NCBI GenBank assembly: GCA_040437565.1
Contig: JBDOQK010000002.1
Span: 744,001-808,000 of the forward strand
Length of the DNA stretch: 64,000 nt
Reading direction: 5' to 3'
DNA from: Albugo candida
Taxonomy: Eukaryota
This document shows positions 40,334 through 51,643 of the stretch, piece by piece (position 1 is the stretch's first letter; each line of letters starts with the position of its first letter). Under the pieces are notes generated by a model that was given only the letters and a program-made list of their open reading frames with translations, ran no database searches and was not told where the DNA came from. A program made the translations under genes and the position numbers.

Positions 40334-43300
40334 CTAGTCGCTATCGGATGAAGAGCCAAAGAGATCTTGCTCGGCTTGCTTCGCCTCCGCGCTTTGTGTG
40401 AGGGTCAATGGCTCTTCATTATCACTAGAATCCGATCCAAACAACTCTTTTGCGTCATCATCGACTTCCATCGGCGTACCATTCACTCGTTTTTGTCGCT
40501 TCTCAACCAGCTTTTTCATAGTTGCATTCCGATTTTTCATGTCTTCAATCGTGAAATTCGTACTATTTTCTTCGTTGTCTTCCTCACTGATTTCAGCAGT
40601 TAGCTCGCTATCTTCTTCAGATGCTTTCTTTCGCTTCTTTCCCGACTTCTTCTTTTCCACTTTTTTCGTTTCTTCTTCTCGAGCTTTCCATCCTGCACTC
40701 AGAGCTTTCAGCCGTTCTTCTTGCTTCATCAAAACATCCGCTCGATGTCGCCGGAGCTGCTCGTCCTTTTTCCGTTCGGACTCTTTCTCTCTCTCCACTC
40801 GTTCCTCATATTCTCGCAGCATTTTCCTTTGTGCTTCGACCTCTAAGCGATGTTTCTCCTCCTTTTGTCGCTCAAATTCCAAATGATAGCTCGCTTTTGT
40901 GAGTGTATCGGCGCAAAACTTTTCGTGATCGATAACTTTCTCCTTTTCAAATGGAAACGATCCCGTCGACCCTTTGGATTTGGTTGTCACTTGCGATTCC
41001 ATCAATTGCAGCAAAAAGTGGAATGTCTTTTGTGACTTGCTCAAATCAAGTACCGCTCTCTGAACATCAGCCATGGTCCGTTGCAAGCCGAGATGGTGAC
41101 CCGACTGAATAGTTGATTCTTGGCCAAGAGTTGTCACCGCATAATCTTCTTGTGCTAGCGCGAGATTGTACCATAGACGCAAGTCTGTAGGGTTTATGTG
41201 AAGAGCTCGTGAAAGCGTCTTGATGCATTTTGGATAATCCTTGGACTCATAATAAGCCTTCGATAGATACAGCATCACCTATAAAAACACTTGAGGATGA
41301 TAAAAATATTAGATTTTCCTGGAACAAATACCTCGAGATCCCTTCCATGATAACATTTAGCTAGGCAAACTGTATAAAGCTGAATCGCTTCTGCATATCG
41401 CTCCTCGGCCACAAAGATATGAGCAAGATTCACCCATGCATCCGCCATTTCGGGGCTTGCTTCTCGTACTTGCGTGAAGATGAGTTTGGCTGATTCGAGA
41501 TTTCCTTTTTCAGCCACCATTGTCCCGAGTCCGTTTGCCGCATATATATTGCACGGATGTGACTGAATCGTTTTCTTAAAGTAGCCTTCGCTCAGTGACA
41601 TATTTTTGATGTATCTATTTTTCTCGCCAAGATTGCACATAAAAATATTTCCCATTGACAAGAACGCGTACGGATCATTTTTCATATTGGGCATTCCCAT
41701 CACACGCTCATACTTTTTCTGAGCCAGAAGCCATTCACGTCGGGCAAGATGCATGTTTCCATTAAGTAAACACGCGTCAGCACAATATGGATCAATTTCC
41801 AAAGCTCTTTCAAAGAATCGAGCTGCTTCAGCCATTGCTCCTGCATCTCGTCGTATACAGCCGATACGAAGAATAGCGTCGATATACGTCGGAAACACTT
41901 GTAGAATATTTTCATAAAGTGTTACGGCCACATCACGATCTCCAATCTCCTCATACACGCGAGCCAAATTGTACAATACAGTGACATTGAACTCATTTGG
42001 ACTCGGAAGCTCTTCAGTTACTTCGTCAGATTCCGTCTTTGTTTCCTCCGAATTGTCTGTGCCGATTTCATTTCGCGATAGCTCATTGAGCGCTTGCTTG
42101 AAACAGGCAATGGCTTCGTTGATCTTCCCAACACGATGTTGTAACACGCCCAAATTCACATATAGCTCCATCGGAATCGGATCAAGCGCGTTCTTCATCA
42201 CTTTTTCAGCAGCAATGTATGACGATATAGCAATAATTTGATCTTTACGATCGTTCGATCCGTGCAACAACTCGGCAGTTGTGATCAAGGCGTCCACATT
42301 TCCAGGCTCCAAATCGACAACACGTCGTAGTAAAATAATCGCATCATCCTTTTTTCCTACTTTTCCGTATACATTCCCCAAAAGTGACAGAATCTCGACA
42401 TTTTCTGGATACGCCTTGTTCGCTTTCTCCAGGTTGATCGCAGCTTTTCCATACTCTTTTCGTTCATAATACATTTGAGCTAGTCCGAACCATGGCAACA
42501 CGAAATTTGGCCATAATCGACCTGCGTTAAAGTAGTAACTGTATGCGTCCTTGTACTTTCCCTGGGCATGACATCCACGACCCATAAAATAACAGCTTTC
42601 AGATCGAATTTCGGCAATTTTGGTACTATGGAAAGCATTTCCGGCCAAAGTAAACATTTTATCATAATCTTTTCGAGCGATTGACACACCGGAGCTGGTC
42701 TCTTCTCGATACGGTCCATCCAAAACGACGTGATCAGAGTGTACGGCATCTTCCCGATTGCTAACGTATGCAACATATCGGTCTCCAATACAAACTATTT
42801 GTCCGGGAGAGATCTCAGTAGTGACGTCTTTAGATGTGTAAACAATGTCGGATCCTTGTTTGACGCAAACTGTGCATGGTAGAGGCACCCATTGTGAGAA
42901 ATAATGGTTTGCAAGATGATTCAGTACCATAGGATTCGCTTTATCAATAGCGTGGGCATGACGAATCATTGTCATGAATCGGGAGCCTTCGTTTCGGATA
43001 CTCTTCGTACGTTCCTCTCTGGTCAGACTGGCCAATTGCCATAAGGCGTTGGCAATGACAGCATCCACATTCGTGTCATCTAAAGATGCTGCATACTTCA
43101 TTACTGCCCGCGCTTTATCGGTACATCCCAAATGATAGCAGCAGTATGAGAAAAACATACGCATTCGTGATCCTTGTGGACTTTTTGGGTGCAATTTGAT
43201 AGCTTCCAGGCACAAACGTTTCGCGTCACTATATTTTTTCTTTCTATAAAGCAACATCGCATTTGCTAGGAGTGCAGGTAGATTCTGACGGTCCGTACGT

Positions 43301-43892
43301 AAGACACTTTTCAAAAAACGTTCGGCTCGCTCATCTTCATTTTTTGCCATAAACATGAGTGCCTTCCCTATCAACGTCATTGGGTACTGATGATCCAAAC
43401 GATCTGCACGTTGAAAGTATCCAACAGCACGTTGTGCTATCGCTTCTTTCTTTTTCTCGTCTTCTTCATTCCACATAGAATTGATTGCGTGGCAAGCCAA
43501 AGCATTAAAAAACTTGATCCGGCATACTCGTGATGCCTGGTCCTTGTATATCTCCTCGATTCCTATCGGCATGTTCAGCGCGTTTCGGTGAGTGAGTAGA
43601 AGTACAAGTACCTGGCTCAGACGCGACAGAGAGAATCTCTTGAAACTGGTTGACACAGCCTTGATTATAGTACTCGACCTGGACGATGGAATCAGCATAT
43701 CATCAAATAAGATCAAGCAGTCTCTCGCCTTACCGCGAATTGCAGCCAGATATCTAACGCTGCTAATTCGGCACGTAGAATGTCCATAATATCGTTCACA
43801 TCGTCAGGCAATTCATCTGTGAATACCTCAACTTCTTGATCAGAATTCTTCACGGGTATGCGCAGCGATCGAGGTCGCATAATTCCACTCAT
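40334..43892 (-). CDS. CTR9: Paf1 complex subunit CTR9 (TPR protein), four exons
   Basis: N-terminus IPVKNSDQEVEVFTDELPDDVNDIMDILRAELAALDIWLQFA, long TPR array, LNHLANHYF, NIYAANGLG, AWVNLAHIF, and an acidic/basic tail ending DLFGSSSDSD. Confidence 0.92.
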
Positions 43893-44030
43893 TTGATGTT
43901 ACGGTGTCCACACAATATTTTGTTAGGTACTTTAATTCGGGACAAATTTACAAGGGGAATTTTGTAGGCGACTCGAAGTTATGTGCTACATAGGATATTA
44001 CTAAAAGACTATTGCTTGTATAATTTTTGT

Positions 44031-44561
44031 CTATTTGACAGCATTTTCAGCTGACGGTGTTATCTCTTCTTGTTCTACATCGACCTCTGCCCATACTAGA
44101 ATAGTAAATAATGTGTCAGAGATTCATTATCGACATCCGTGATGGAGAATCTCGAACCTGGTTTTTCAGAGCCCAACTCTGCTCGATTTGCTTTTGCAAC
44201 ACACACTCGAAGTGTTTGACCAAACAATTCTGACTCTGCAACATTCAGCATTTGAGCCTAGCACGTTTCCATTATAAATGTAGAATTTTACCATCCATAT
44301 TATCTATTGCATCGATTGCGTCATCTTCCTCTTCATATTCAACAAAACCAAATCCTCTGCTGGCCCCTAAGCAGCGTAAAGCAGTTGTGAATTTCCATTG
44401 GAGGCAACAGTAAGCGACGACTTACCTACATCCGTGTCACTAGGAATCTGGATTTCCTTGATTGGACCGAAAGGCACAAACGCCGCATGTAATACTTGTT
44501 CTGTCACTTGACGAGTCAATCCGCCCACATAGAGACACCTTCTATTCGCACCCAATCCCAT
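44031..44561 (-). CDS. Single-RRM protein homologous to the N-terminal RRM of cyclophilin E (PPIE), without a PPIase domain; four exons
   Basis: LYVGGLTRQVTEQVLHAAFVPFGPI / ASRGFGFVEYEEEDDAIDAIDNMD / ESELFGQTLRVCVAK...KP / VWAEVD...AVK*. Confidence 0.88.
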
Positions 44562-44626
44562 TATTAAATTACAAAATGCAGCATGAAATGCTCAAGCAAA
44601 GACCATACCTTTTGTTAAATTACGAT

Positions 44627-45454
44627 ATGAGCGCAGCAACGGAATCGCTTTTTAATGAAGGAACGATCCTTCACGACTTCACTTATTTTACCGCATTGAC
44701 CCTTTCTCTGTACACACAGGATGGGGAACTGTGCTAACGAGTATATCTCCTTACGCATGGGGTAGTATGGGCGTCGCATTTGGTCTCACATTTTCAATCA
44801 TTGGAGCCGCCTGGTAAGTCCTCATTTTCCTCGATTATGCGCCCTTGTCTCATCGCACGGACCTGTGAAGGGGGATCTTTCTTACCGGATCCAGCTTATT
44901 GGGTGCATCGGTGAAGGCTCCTCGCGTTCGTTCAAAGAATCTTGTGAGGTAACAATGCCTTTTGCTATGATCTCTTCTAATGGAAATGCAATTGCAGCAT
45001 CATCTTTTGCGAAGCTACAGCAATATACGGTGTCATCATCGCCATCATTCTACAGAGCAAAGTAAGCGTTTTCTCGATGAGAGCTCTAATTGATCTCATT
45101 TCGATCTCAAGTAGATGAATCAACCCGCGCTTCGGCAGCCTGAGGATGAGCCGATGAATGAAGCTTCACTCTATTTTGCTGCATACGCTGTCTTTGGATC
45201 AGGATTAGCAGTCGGATTGACAAATATCGCAAGCGGGTGCGTGCGTGCGGAAAAGGCAAAGTAGAGCGATAAAGTGATATAAATAATGTAGAGTGGCAGT
45301 GGGGATTGCTGGAAGTAGCTGTGTTCTTGCAGATGCTCAGAATTCCTCGCTTTATGTGAAAGTTCTCATTGTGGAAATATTTGCCAGTGCGTTGGGGATA
45401 TTCGGTGTGATTGTGGGTATCATTCTCTCTAACAATGGCGAGTTCCCCAAGTGA
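44627..45454 (+). CDS. VMA16: V-type H+-ATPase proteolipid subunit c'' (21 kDa; ATP6V0B), five exons
   Basis: [62 protein letters not shown]...[33 protein letters not shown]. Stop TGA at 45452-45454. The first intron appears to need a GA donor. Confidence 0.93.
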
Positions 45455-45526
45455 TGAGAGCTTAAGAAGAATAAACAAAGTCATTCCTTATTCTATCTTG
45501 AATGAGCCAAGCTCTTTTATAGCCAC

Positions 45527-47027
45527 TTATTTCCACAGAAGCCGGTCGCTATCGAGGTCAACAGGAGAGTACCATTCGGGATAAGGGAGATTTGGATTGT
45601 ATCTGTCAGATGAAAGAAAGTTGGAAAGGGATCAAGGAGAGAATTTTTAAGTGGACTTCACCTGTAATTCAAGAAAAGTTCTTCATCTTCAATTTCTCTG
45701 AGGGAGATGAATGCCAGGCTCTATCAATACCGTTACATGATAGCCTGATCACAGACGCAACTGCATGCTTACATGTATGAGGATGCGCTTGCCAAACATT
45801 GAGAGTCGAGAAGGTTGGTCAATAAAGGAGTTCGGGATAAGCGGTATGTTTTCTTCATTTGTGAATGGCTCTGTTTAGATTGTACGTATAAGATGCATAC
45901 AAGGGACAATAAAGAACGATTCACCTCTCATAGGGAAGTCGTACGGAAACGCAATGACATTTGGCAACTCATTTGCTGGTGGATGATTGATCATGTGGCC
46001 AACCGCGAGCGGATTTCTCGGTCTCTGAGCTACAAAACATCTGAGCGTTCGATTGAAATAGGTGACCATCACACTCACTTTGATCCTTCCCATTAATCAC
46101 AACACTGTCGAAACGTCCTCTCGCGTATGGGTTGTCAGAAATCTGCTCCAAGAGTTCTGGCTATTGCGAACCGAAATATCATGCCCAGACACAATCCGCC
46201 TCTAAGATGGTTCGTGCCTTTTTATAATGTTCGGGGAGGTACACTGTTCCAGGATATAATGCCTACATTTCAATACTCATGCACTGACCAACAAACATTT
46301 TGTCAAGACTTACAATCAAGCTTCCGGGTGGCACTCTCCCATACAATTTCACACCTTCGCCAGCATTCTTCAGACTCGATTGCTCCACCGAAAGTCTGAA
46401 TCCAAGCAATTCCCTTTCCGAGACTTTATTGTGTAAAACCTAGTTTATCTAGCTCAGTTTCACCTCGTCGAGATGCAAAAGTGGACCTCACATGCTTACG
46501 GGAAAATCCAGAAATGGATAATTTTTGTTTATCCGATTGCGCTGAATCCCATTTCATGGTTCTTTTTGAGTACTTGACGAGGATGTTTTCAAGCTATTAA
46601 AGCCGCTGAGTGGCTCCTATCAATCCAACCAACAATCGACGAAGGCGTCAACGTACCCGTGTAGAGATTTCGCTCTGTATCAACGCTTTTTGTTCTTCGA
46701 ACATTTTGGTTTTGATGAGATCAGATGCTTCGCTTAGAAGTTGATCTTTGGTTCTGTATCAGCAACAAGAACATTACTACACTCACAAAACAAGCAATAA
46801 GGTGCGCAAATCTTGCTTGTTATGTTGCGTCTCCGATAACTTTCGGAATTCGATCAATAAGGCCGCCCATCCGGTATCAACTTCCTCCTATACCAGCGTA
46901 GATATGATTTGAGCTTGTTCAAGTGTCGCAAAGCGTTGGAGAATAAAAATTAGATGAAAACCTGCAGACGTCGCGATGGTGTCGTTCCTTCGAGAGCGAG
47001 TCGAAATCGGCGAAAGATCGAGCTCAT
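45527..47027 (-). CDS. SET domain-containing protein 9-like, multi-exon
   Basis: LGFRLSVEQSSLKNAGEGVKLYGRVPPGSLI/ALYPGTVYLP, RNPLAVGHMINHPP...PNV, EIEDEELFLNYR/YNPNLPYPEWYSPVD. Proposed first exon MSSIFRRFRLALEGTTPSRRLQ (47027-46962). Confidence 0.78.
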
Positions 47028-47098
47028 TGGACGAAAAAAGAAATGATACTCTCGTATTTCCGCCAATCATAGACCGCGACATACTCCTAGATCGCAAT

Positions 47099-49274
47099 AT
47101 GCGCGTCAATCAGGTTCGATTGCATGGCAATTATCGCACAAGGTGAGACACCCGAGTGAATCCAAACACACCAAACGATTAACTATATTATTTCAATGCA
47201 CTTCCCAACCAGACCTGAAGTTTTTGAGTGCGAATTGGAGGTAGACGACTAATTTGAAAATTGCAAAGAGATCCAATATTATACCTTATTTTTGTAGAAT
47301 ACATTTCACGCACGCGGAATCAATGAAATNNNNNNNNNNNNNNNNNNNNNNNNNNNNNNNNNNNNNNNNNNNNNNNNNNNNNNNNNNNNNNNNNNNNNNN
47401 NNNNNNNNNNNNNNNNNNNNNNNNNNNNNATCGCACAAGGTGAGACACCCGAGTGAATCCAAACACACCAAACGATTAACTATATTATTTCAATGCACTT
47501 CCCAACCAGACCTGAAGTTTTTGAGTGCGAATTGGAGGTAGACGACTAATTTGAAAATTGCAAAGAGATCCAATATTATACCTTATTTTTGTAGAATACA
47601 TTTCACGCACGCGGAATCAATGAAATATATAAAGAAGTCACCTTCTCGACTGAGAAACTAGCCAATCTGGAGATATTTGACGCAATCGATATCAAACTCG
47701 ATAAATGTATGCGCAAAATGCATCTAAAGGCAGTGCTTAGCTGATCGCTCTGTAAAAAGCGAGCAATCGAGACCCTCATCAAGTAGATGTGGTCATTACT
47801 GTCAAGGAAAAAGACTGGAAAGAATTTAATTTGGGCGTGAAAACAGACGGATACGATGACTCATTGGTGAGAAAGATGATATTTGGGGAGTACCGTATGA
47901 TCACATAATATCGAATTATGATACTAGGAAGCATCTTGCGTACTGATCAATCCATTAGGTACTTCGGAAAAGTTTGATTTCAAATCAACGTATGGATGGA
48001 GTGGTAGTCATGTCGAGAGTATTAGTCTCATGAAGCCTCAGTTTATGGGCTACCCACTCTACTTTTCCACAGCCGTGTTCAATGATCTCCAGGTCAGTAA
48101 TGCCAGTTTGAGTACTGATATCGTTGGAGCTAAACTTATTCGAGAAGAATCATGAGAAATTGAGCTCGTACAGAGAAAGTCGCAGAGGTAGCCATATTGC
48201 AATAAATGATCAAGCGGAACGGCATAAAGTCCTATTCAAATGTGATCGTCGCGACATTCTTCCGCAGCGAAATCGTTACCTTTCTACGGCATTTTGCTCG
48301 TCACCAAATATTCTAGCCGAAGCGGAACCCTCAACCAAAACGAGTGTAGAATATCAGTTTCAAATGGACTCTCGTGATAATCCTATGATGCCGTCGTCGG
48401 GTGGATTGCTACGCTTCAGGTACAGCGAATTTGAATCTCTTTTAAAAGTACTTATCTATTTGCTTTTTACAGCACAGAAGTGGCAGGGCTTTTTGCTGAT
48501 GTTCGTTTCCTGAAAAGTCAAGTTGAGGCACAAAAACATGTTACGTTTGGTTTTGGATCGCAAAAAAAGGCTGCATTGAGTTTGAGTTTACTTTCACGCT
48601 TGGGTAAGGTCTAGTCCTTTTCAGCCGGTTTTGATTCTGGCTATGGCTTCTTGTAGGAGCAATGAAGTCCACGAGTTCACAAAGCAGTATGAGTAGGATC
48701 AGTGATCGATTTTTCGTTGGAGGCCCAATGAGTCTTCGAGGCTTCCACTATCGAGTAAGACATACCTCGTCGATATCTCATTCATACATGCATCTATCTA
48801 CAGGGTATTGGTCCTCGTGCGAGTCCTCGTGATGGTGGCGTCGCGAGTGGAGATGCGTTAGGTGGTGATGTATTCTATACAGCTGCAGCATTTGTGGGTT
48901 TTCCAATGCCATTTTCGTTGCATTCTGTGAGCAAAAATGAATGATACACTTGTCAGCCAGCTCATCTTACGTGTCTGAATGACAGCTATTGGGACTCCGA
49001 GGACAGCTTTTTGCGAATTTGGGCAATGTGACAAACTGGCAAAACGTCAAAGTAGGCTCTTTACGAAACCTCTTGAGTGAAACACGAGTAGCAGTTGGAT
49101 TCGGGGTAGTCGTGCCATCAACTGTAGGGCGTATGGAAGCTAGTTACTGCTGGATTCTGAATGCGTTACGTCATGTAATGTTCAGAATGAGTTCTCGAAA
49201 GGTACAAGACTGAGTGCGTTGTGATGTAGGATCACATTTCCCGTGGACAATTTGGTATTGGTATCACTTTTTGA
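47099..49274 (+). CDS. SAM50: Sam50/Omp85 mitochondrial sorting and assembly machinery subunit, multi-exon
   Basis: POTRA start MRVNQVRLHGNYRT, DSRDNPMMPSSG, ISDRFFVGGPMSLRGF, GDALGGD, GLRGQLFANLGN, and C-terminal beta-signal GQFGIGITF*. An in-frame upstream ATG exists at 46976. Confidence 0.9.
47133..47626. repeat. 197-bp duplication (47133-47329 = 47430-47626) around N gap; likely assembly artefact
   Basis: The same sequence lies on both sides of the 100-N gap. Confidence 0.93.
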
Positions 49275-49531
49275 TGAAAACGAATGGAAAGAAGTGAGCA
49301 TTCAGAGTTATACAATGCTTTTGAGCACACTGGTATTATCCGCCCACACTCGTGGAAAATAATATCAGTACATTCTCGATCTGAAAAGCATTTTCGCCAT
49401 TCACACTTCCTTCTCCATCCAACGTCGATGTGAGACTTCATGATCGTCTTCTGAAAAGATAAGGAAGGCAAAAGTGTTATTATTATTCTCAAAACACTGG
49501 CAACTTTCACAAAACAAGCTGCAGCATGGAT

Positions 49532-50206
49532 TCAATGCCAAATTGCTGGAACCGCTTTTTCGATGATGGCTGTAGCCAGCAATTGGATCTCATTATCCGC
49601 TTCTTTCTGCAAATGTTGTAAGCGAGTCAGTCCGTCGTGTTTGACAAGTGAATTGCAAAAAATGGTGACTTTATTAAGATCCCGGTGCTCTGGTGCCAAG
49701 TAAAATGTGATCACATCAAGCAAAATCTGTAGTGCTTGAATGAGCTCGTGTTTGTGCTGTTGACCATTACAACGGGCTACAATTTCCAACTGGATTGTAC
49801 AGTCTGCTGCTATCTCATTCAAGTATTTGATTTGTTGGAATGTGTATTGGGTAGAATTAGCAGAGTCAAGTTCTTGACTACTACTGCTAAAGCTCTCTGA
49901 GACCGAGCAACCGCTAACCTTATCGATTTCCCTGTCCACATTCCGCAGCATAACGCGCCTTCGAAGCATTTCAGCTTTCTGTAGACTCACACGACGTATT
50001 TCGTCGCATTTCTTCGATGTCATTTTGTTCGATTCGGTGTATCCACATCCTTTTTTACCATAATCTTTTGTTTTTTTATCCTCCGATCTGGCGATCCAAA
50101 ATTGCGCCAAGAACACGACACAAAAAAGAAGTAATCCGCTAAAAGCTACTGTCGCTATGATCTCATTTGCTGTCATGCTGTCATCCACGTGCCAATGCGA
50201 CTCCAT
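49532..50206 (-). CDS. Hypothetical 224-aa protein with N-terminal TM helix and C-terminal ARM-like helices
   Basis: Intronless ATG-to-TGA ORF. TM segment IIATVAFSGLLLFCVVFLAQFWI; C-terminus DGLTRLQHLQKEADNEIQLLATAIIEK. Confidence 0.7.
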   Translation of the reverse strand: MESHWHVDDSMTANEIIATVAFSGLLLFCVVFLAQFWIARSEDKKTKDYGKKGCGYTESNKMTSKKCDEIRRVSLQKAEMLRRRVMLRNVDREIDKVSGCSVSESFSSSSQELDSANSTQYTFQQIKYLNEIAADCTIQLEIVARCNGQQHKHELIQALQILLDVITFYLAPEHRDLNKVTIFCNSLVKHDGLTRLQHLQKEADNEIQLLATAIIEKAVPAIWH

Positions 50207-50405
50207 GGAACTCGTTTCGATGGATCGTCTCTTGTAAAGACTCTGATACGCGCGGCTTTATTTAGACACATCAGTCCGCTACAATGAAGAAATCGTTTCA
50301 AGATCCATTTATAGCTCTGTCATTGGTTAAAAACAGCCGTTTAGACACACTTGATTGGCTAGACTGCGAGAATCGAAAAGCATTGTCCTCCATCCAAACA
50401 GCCAC

Positions 50406-51397
50406 ATGTTACGCCGCCAATTGCAGCGCCATGCGACTCAATTCAGATGTCCATCACTGACGAGACCCATCAACTCGAAACTAATAACCTCTAAGGCTTT
50501 AAAAGCAACTAGACGGCATGTTATCGCTGCACTTGTTATCAATCAGCCTGGTTGTCTTGCCGAGATTGCCAACTTATTCGCGGCCAGAGGTCATTGATCA
50601 CAAATGAAAACAAATCGATAGAAAAATCTCATTTTAGTATGTAGGATATAACATAGACAGCCTGGTAGTCGGTCGAACGGAAGTAGAGGAGCTCTCTCGA
50701 ATGACTGTAGTTGTGCAGGGAACCGATGAAAATGTGATCAATGTGAGTCATACCTGCAGGAATTTCTCTCTAAAAATCTGATTGTGATCTATGAAGATGA
50801 AAAAACAACTCGAAGACGTCGTACATGTTGCAGTTGTCAATATCTTGACCAGCGATACAGAGTCGTCGAAAACTTTTGTTGAAAGAGATCTAATGCTTGC
50901 TAAAGTCTCCACAGCAGGTGAACCTATTTCCTGTAGAAACACGGTACCTTTGCTCACTCTTTGCATTGTAGCTACAGATTCTCGGGCAGAGGTGGTCGAA
51001 TTAGCAAATCTTTTCGAAGGAAAGGTTATCGATGTTCGTCCACACCAGGTCCGCTTTTGTGTATGCTGACCGTGCACACTCAGCCCCTCAGCGTGTATAA
51101 TGCAGGTGATGGTCCAACTAGCTGGCACACCAGGTCGGATCGAGGCGTTTTTACAGCTTTTAAAGCCGTTGGGAATCATTGAAGTTCATCGAAGTGGAGT
51201 CATTGCAATGGCTAGAAGGTATGTCCCTCACATAACATCGTTTTTGACTCGTGTATGACAACCTCTTGTGATTCAGCACAAGCGTGTCAGACTTGCTTGG
51301 TGATATTTCTTTGGAAGGGGCAACGACTTCGCTTTTGCAGCAGCATGCAGATGATGTTGATGTTGATGTTGATGTATCTCGGCTTCCACCCGGGTAA
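50406..51397 (+). CDS. ILV6: Acetolactate synthase small (regulatory) subunit, mitochondrial, multi-exon
   Basis: RHVIAALVINQPGCLAEIANLFAAR/GYNIDSLVVGRTEVEELSRMTVVV, FVERDLMLAKVST, GIIEVHRSGVIAMAR, and C-terminal DVSRLPPG*. Confidence 0.93.
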
Positions 51398-51643
51398 AAA
51401 TCATTTTCCTTGGAGTACTAGCCGATGTATAGATTCCAGGATCAAATGAATACCGTCCATGTCGCGTGTTTGAGTAATTGTGAGATACATGCTGATTAGA
51501 AATTCCTACTCCCGAGTACGAAGCTGCCTTACGTCGAAAGTGAGAATTCGATATGCATTTGCAAAACTGCGAGTAGATTGGCCAGAGGAGCATGTAATTT
51601 CTTGTTGAGATAGGCAATATACTGCACCGGAGGCTTGCGTTAT

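Noticed and set aside
40398-40886. Long antisense ORFs over CTR9, MTR4, TypA and the glucan synthase
   Set aside because: Shadow frames of real genes, with no independent motifs.
51353-51376. (GATGTT)n microsatellite
   Set aside because: Encodes DVDVDV in the ILV6 acidic tail; ordinary coding low complexity.
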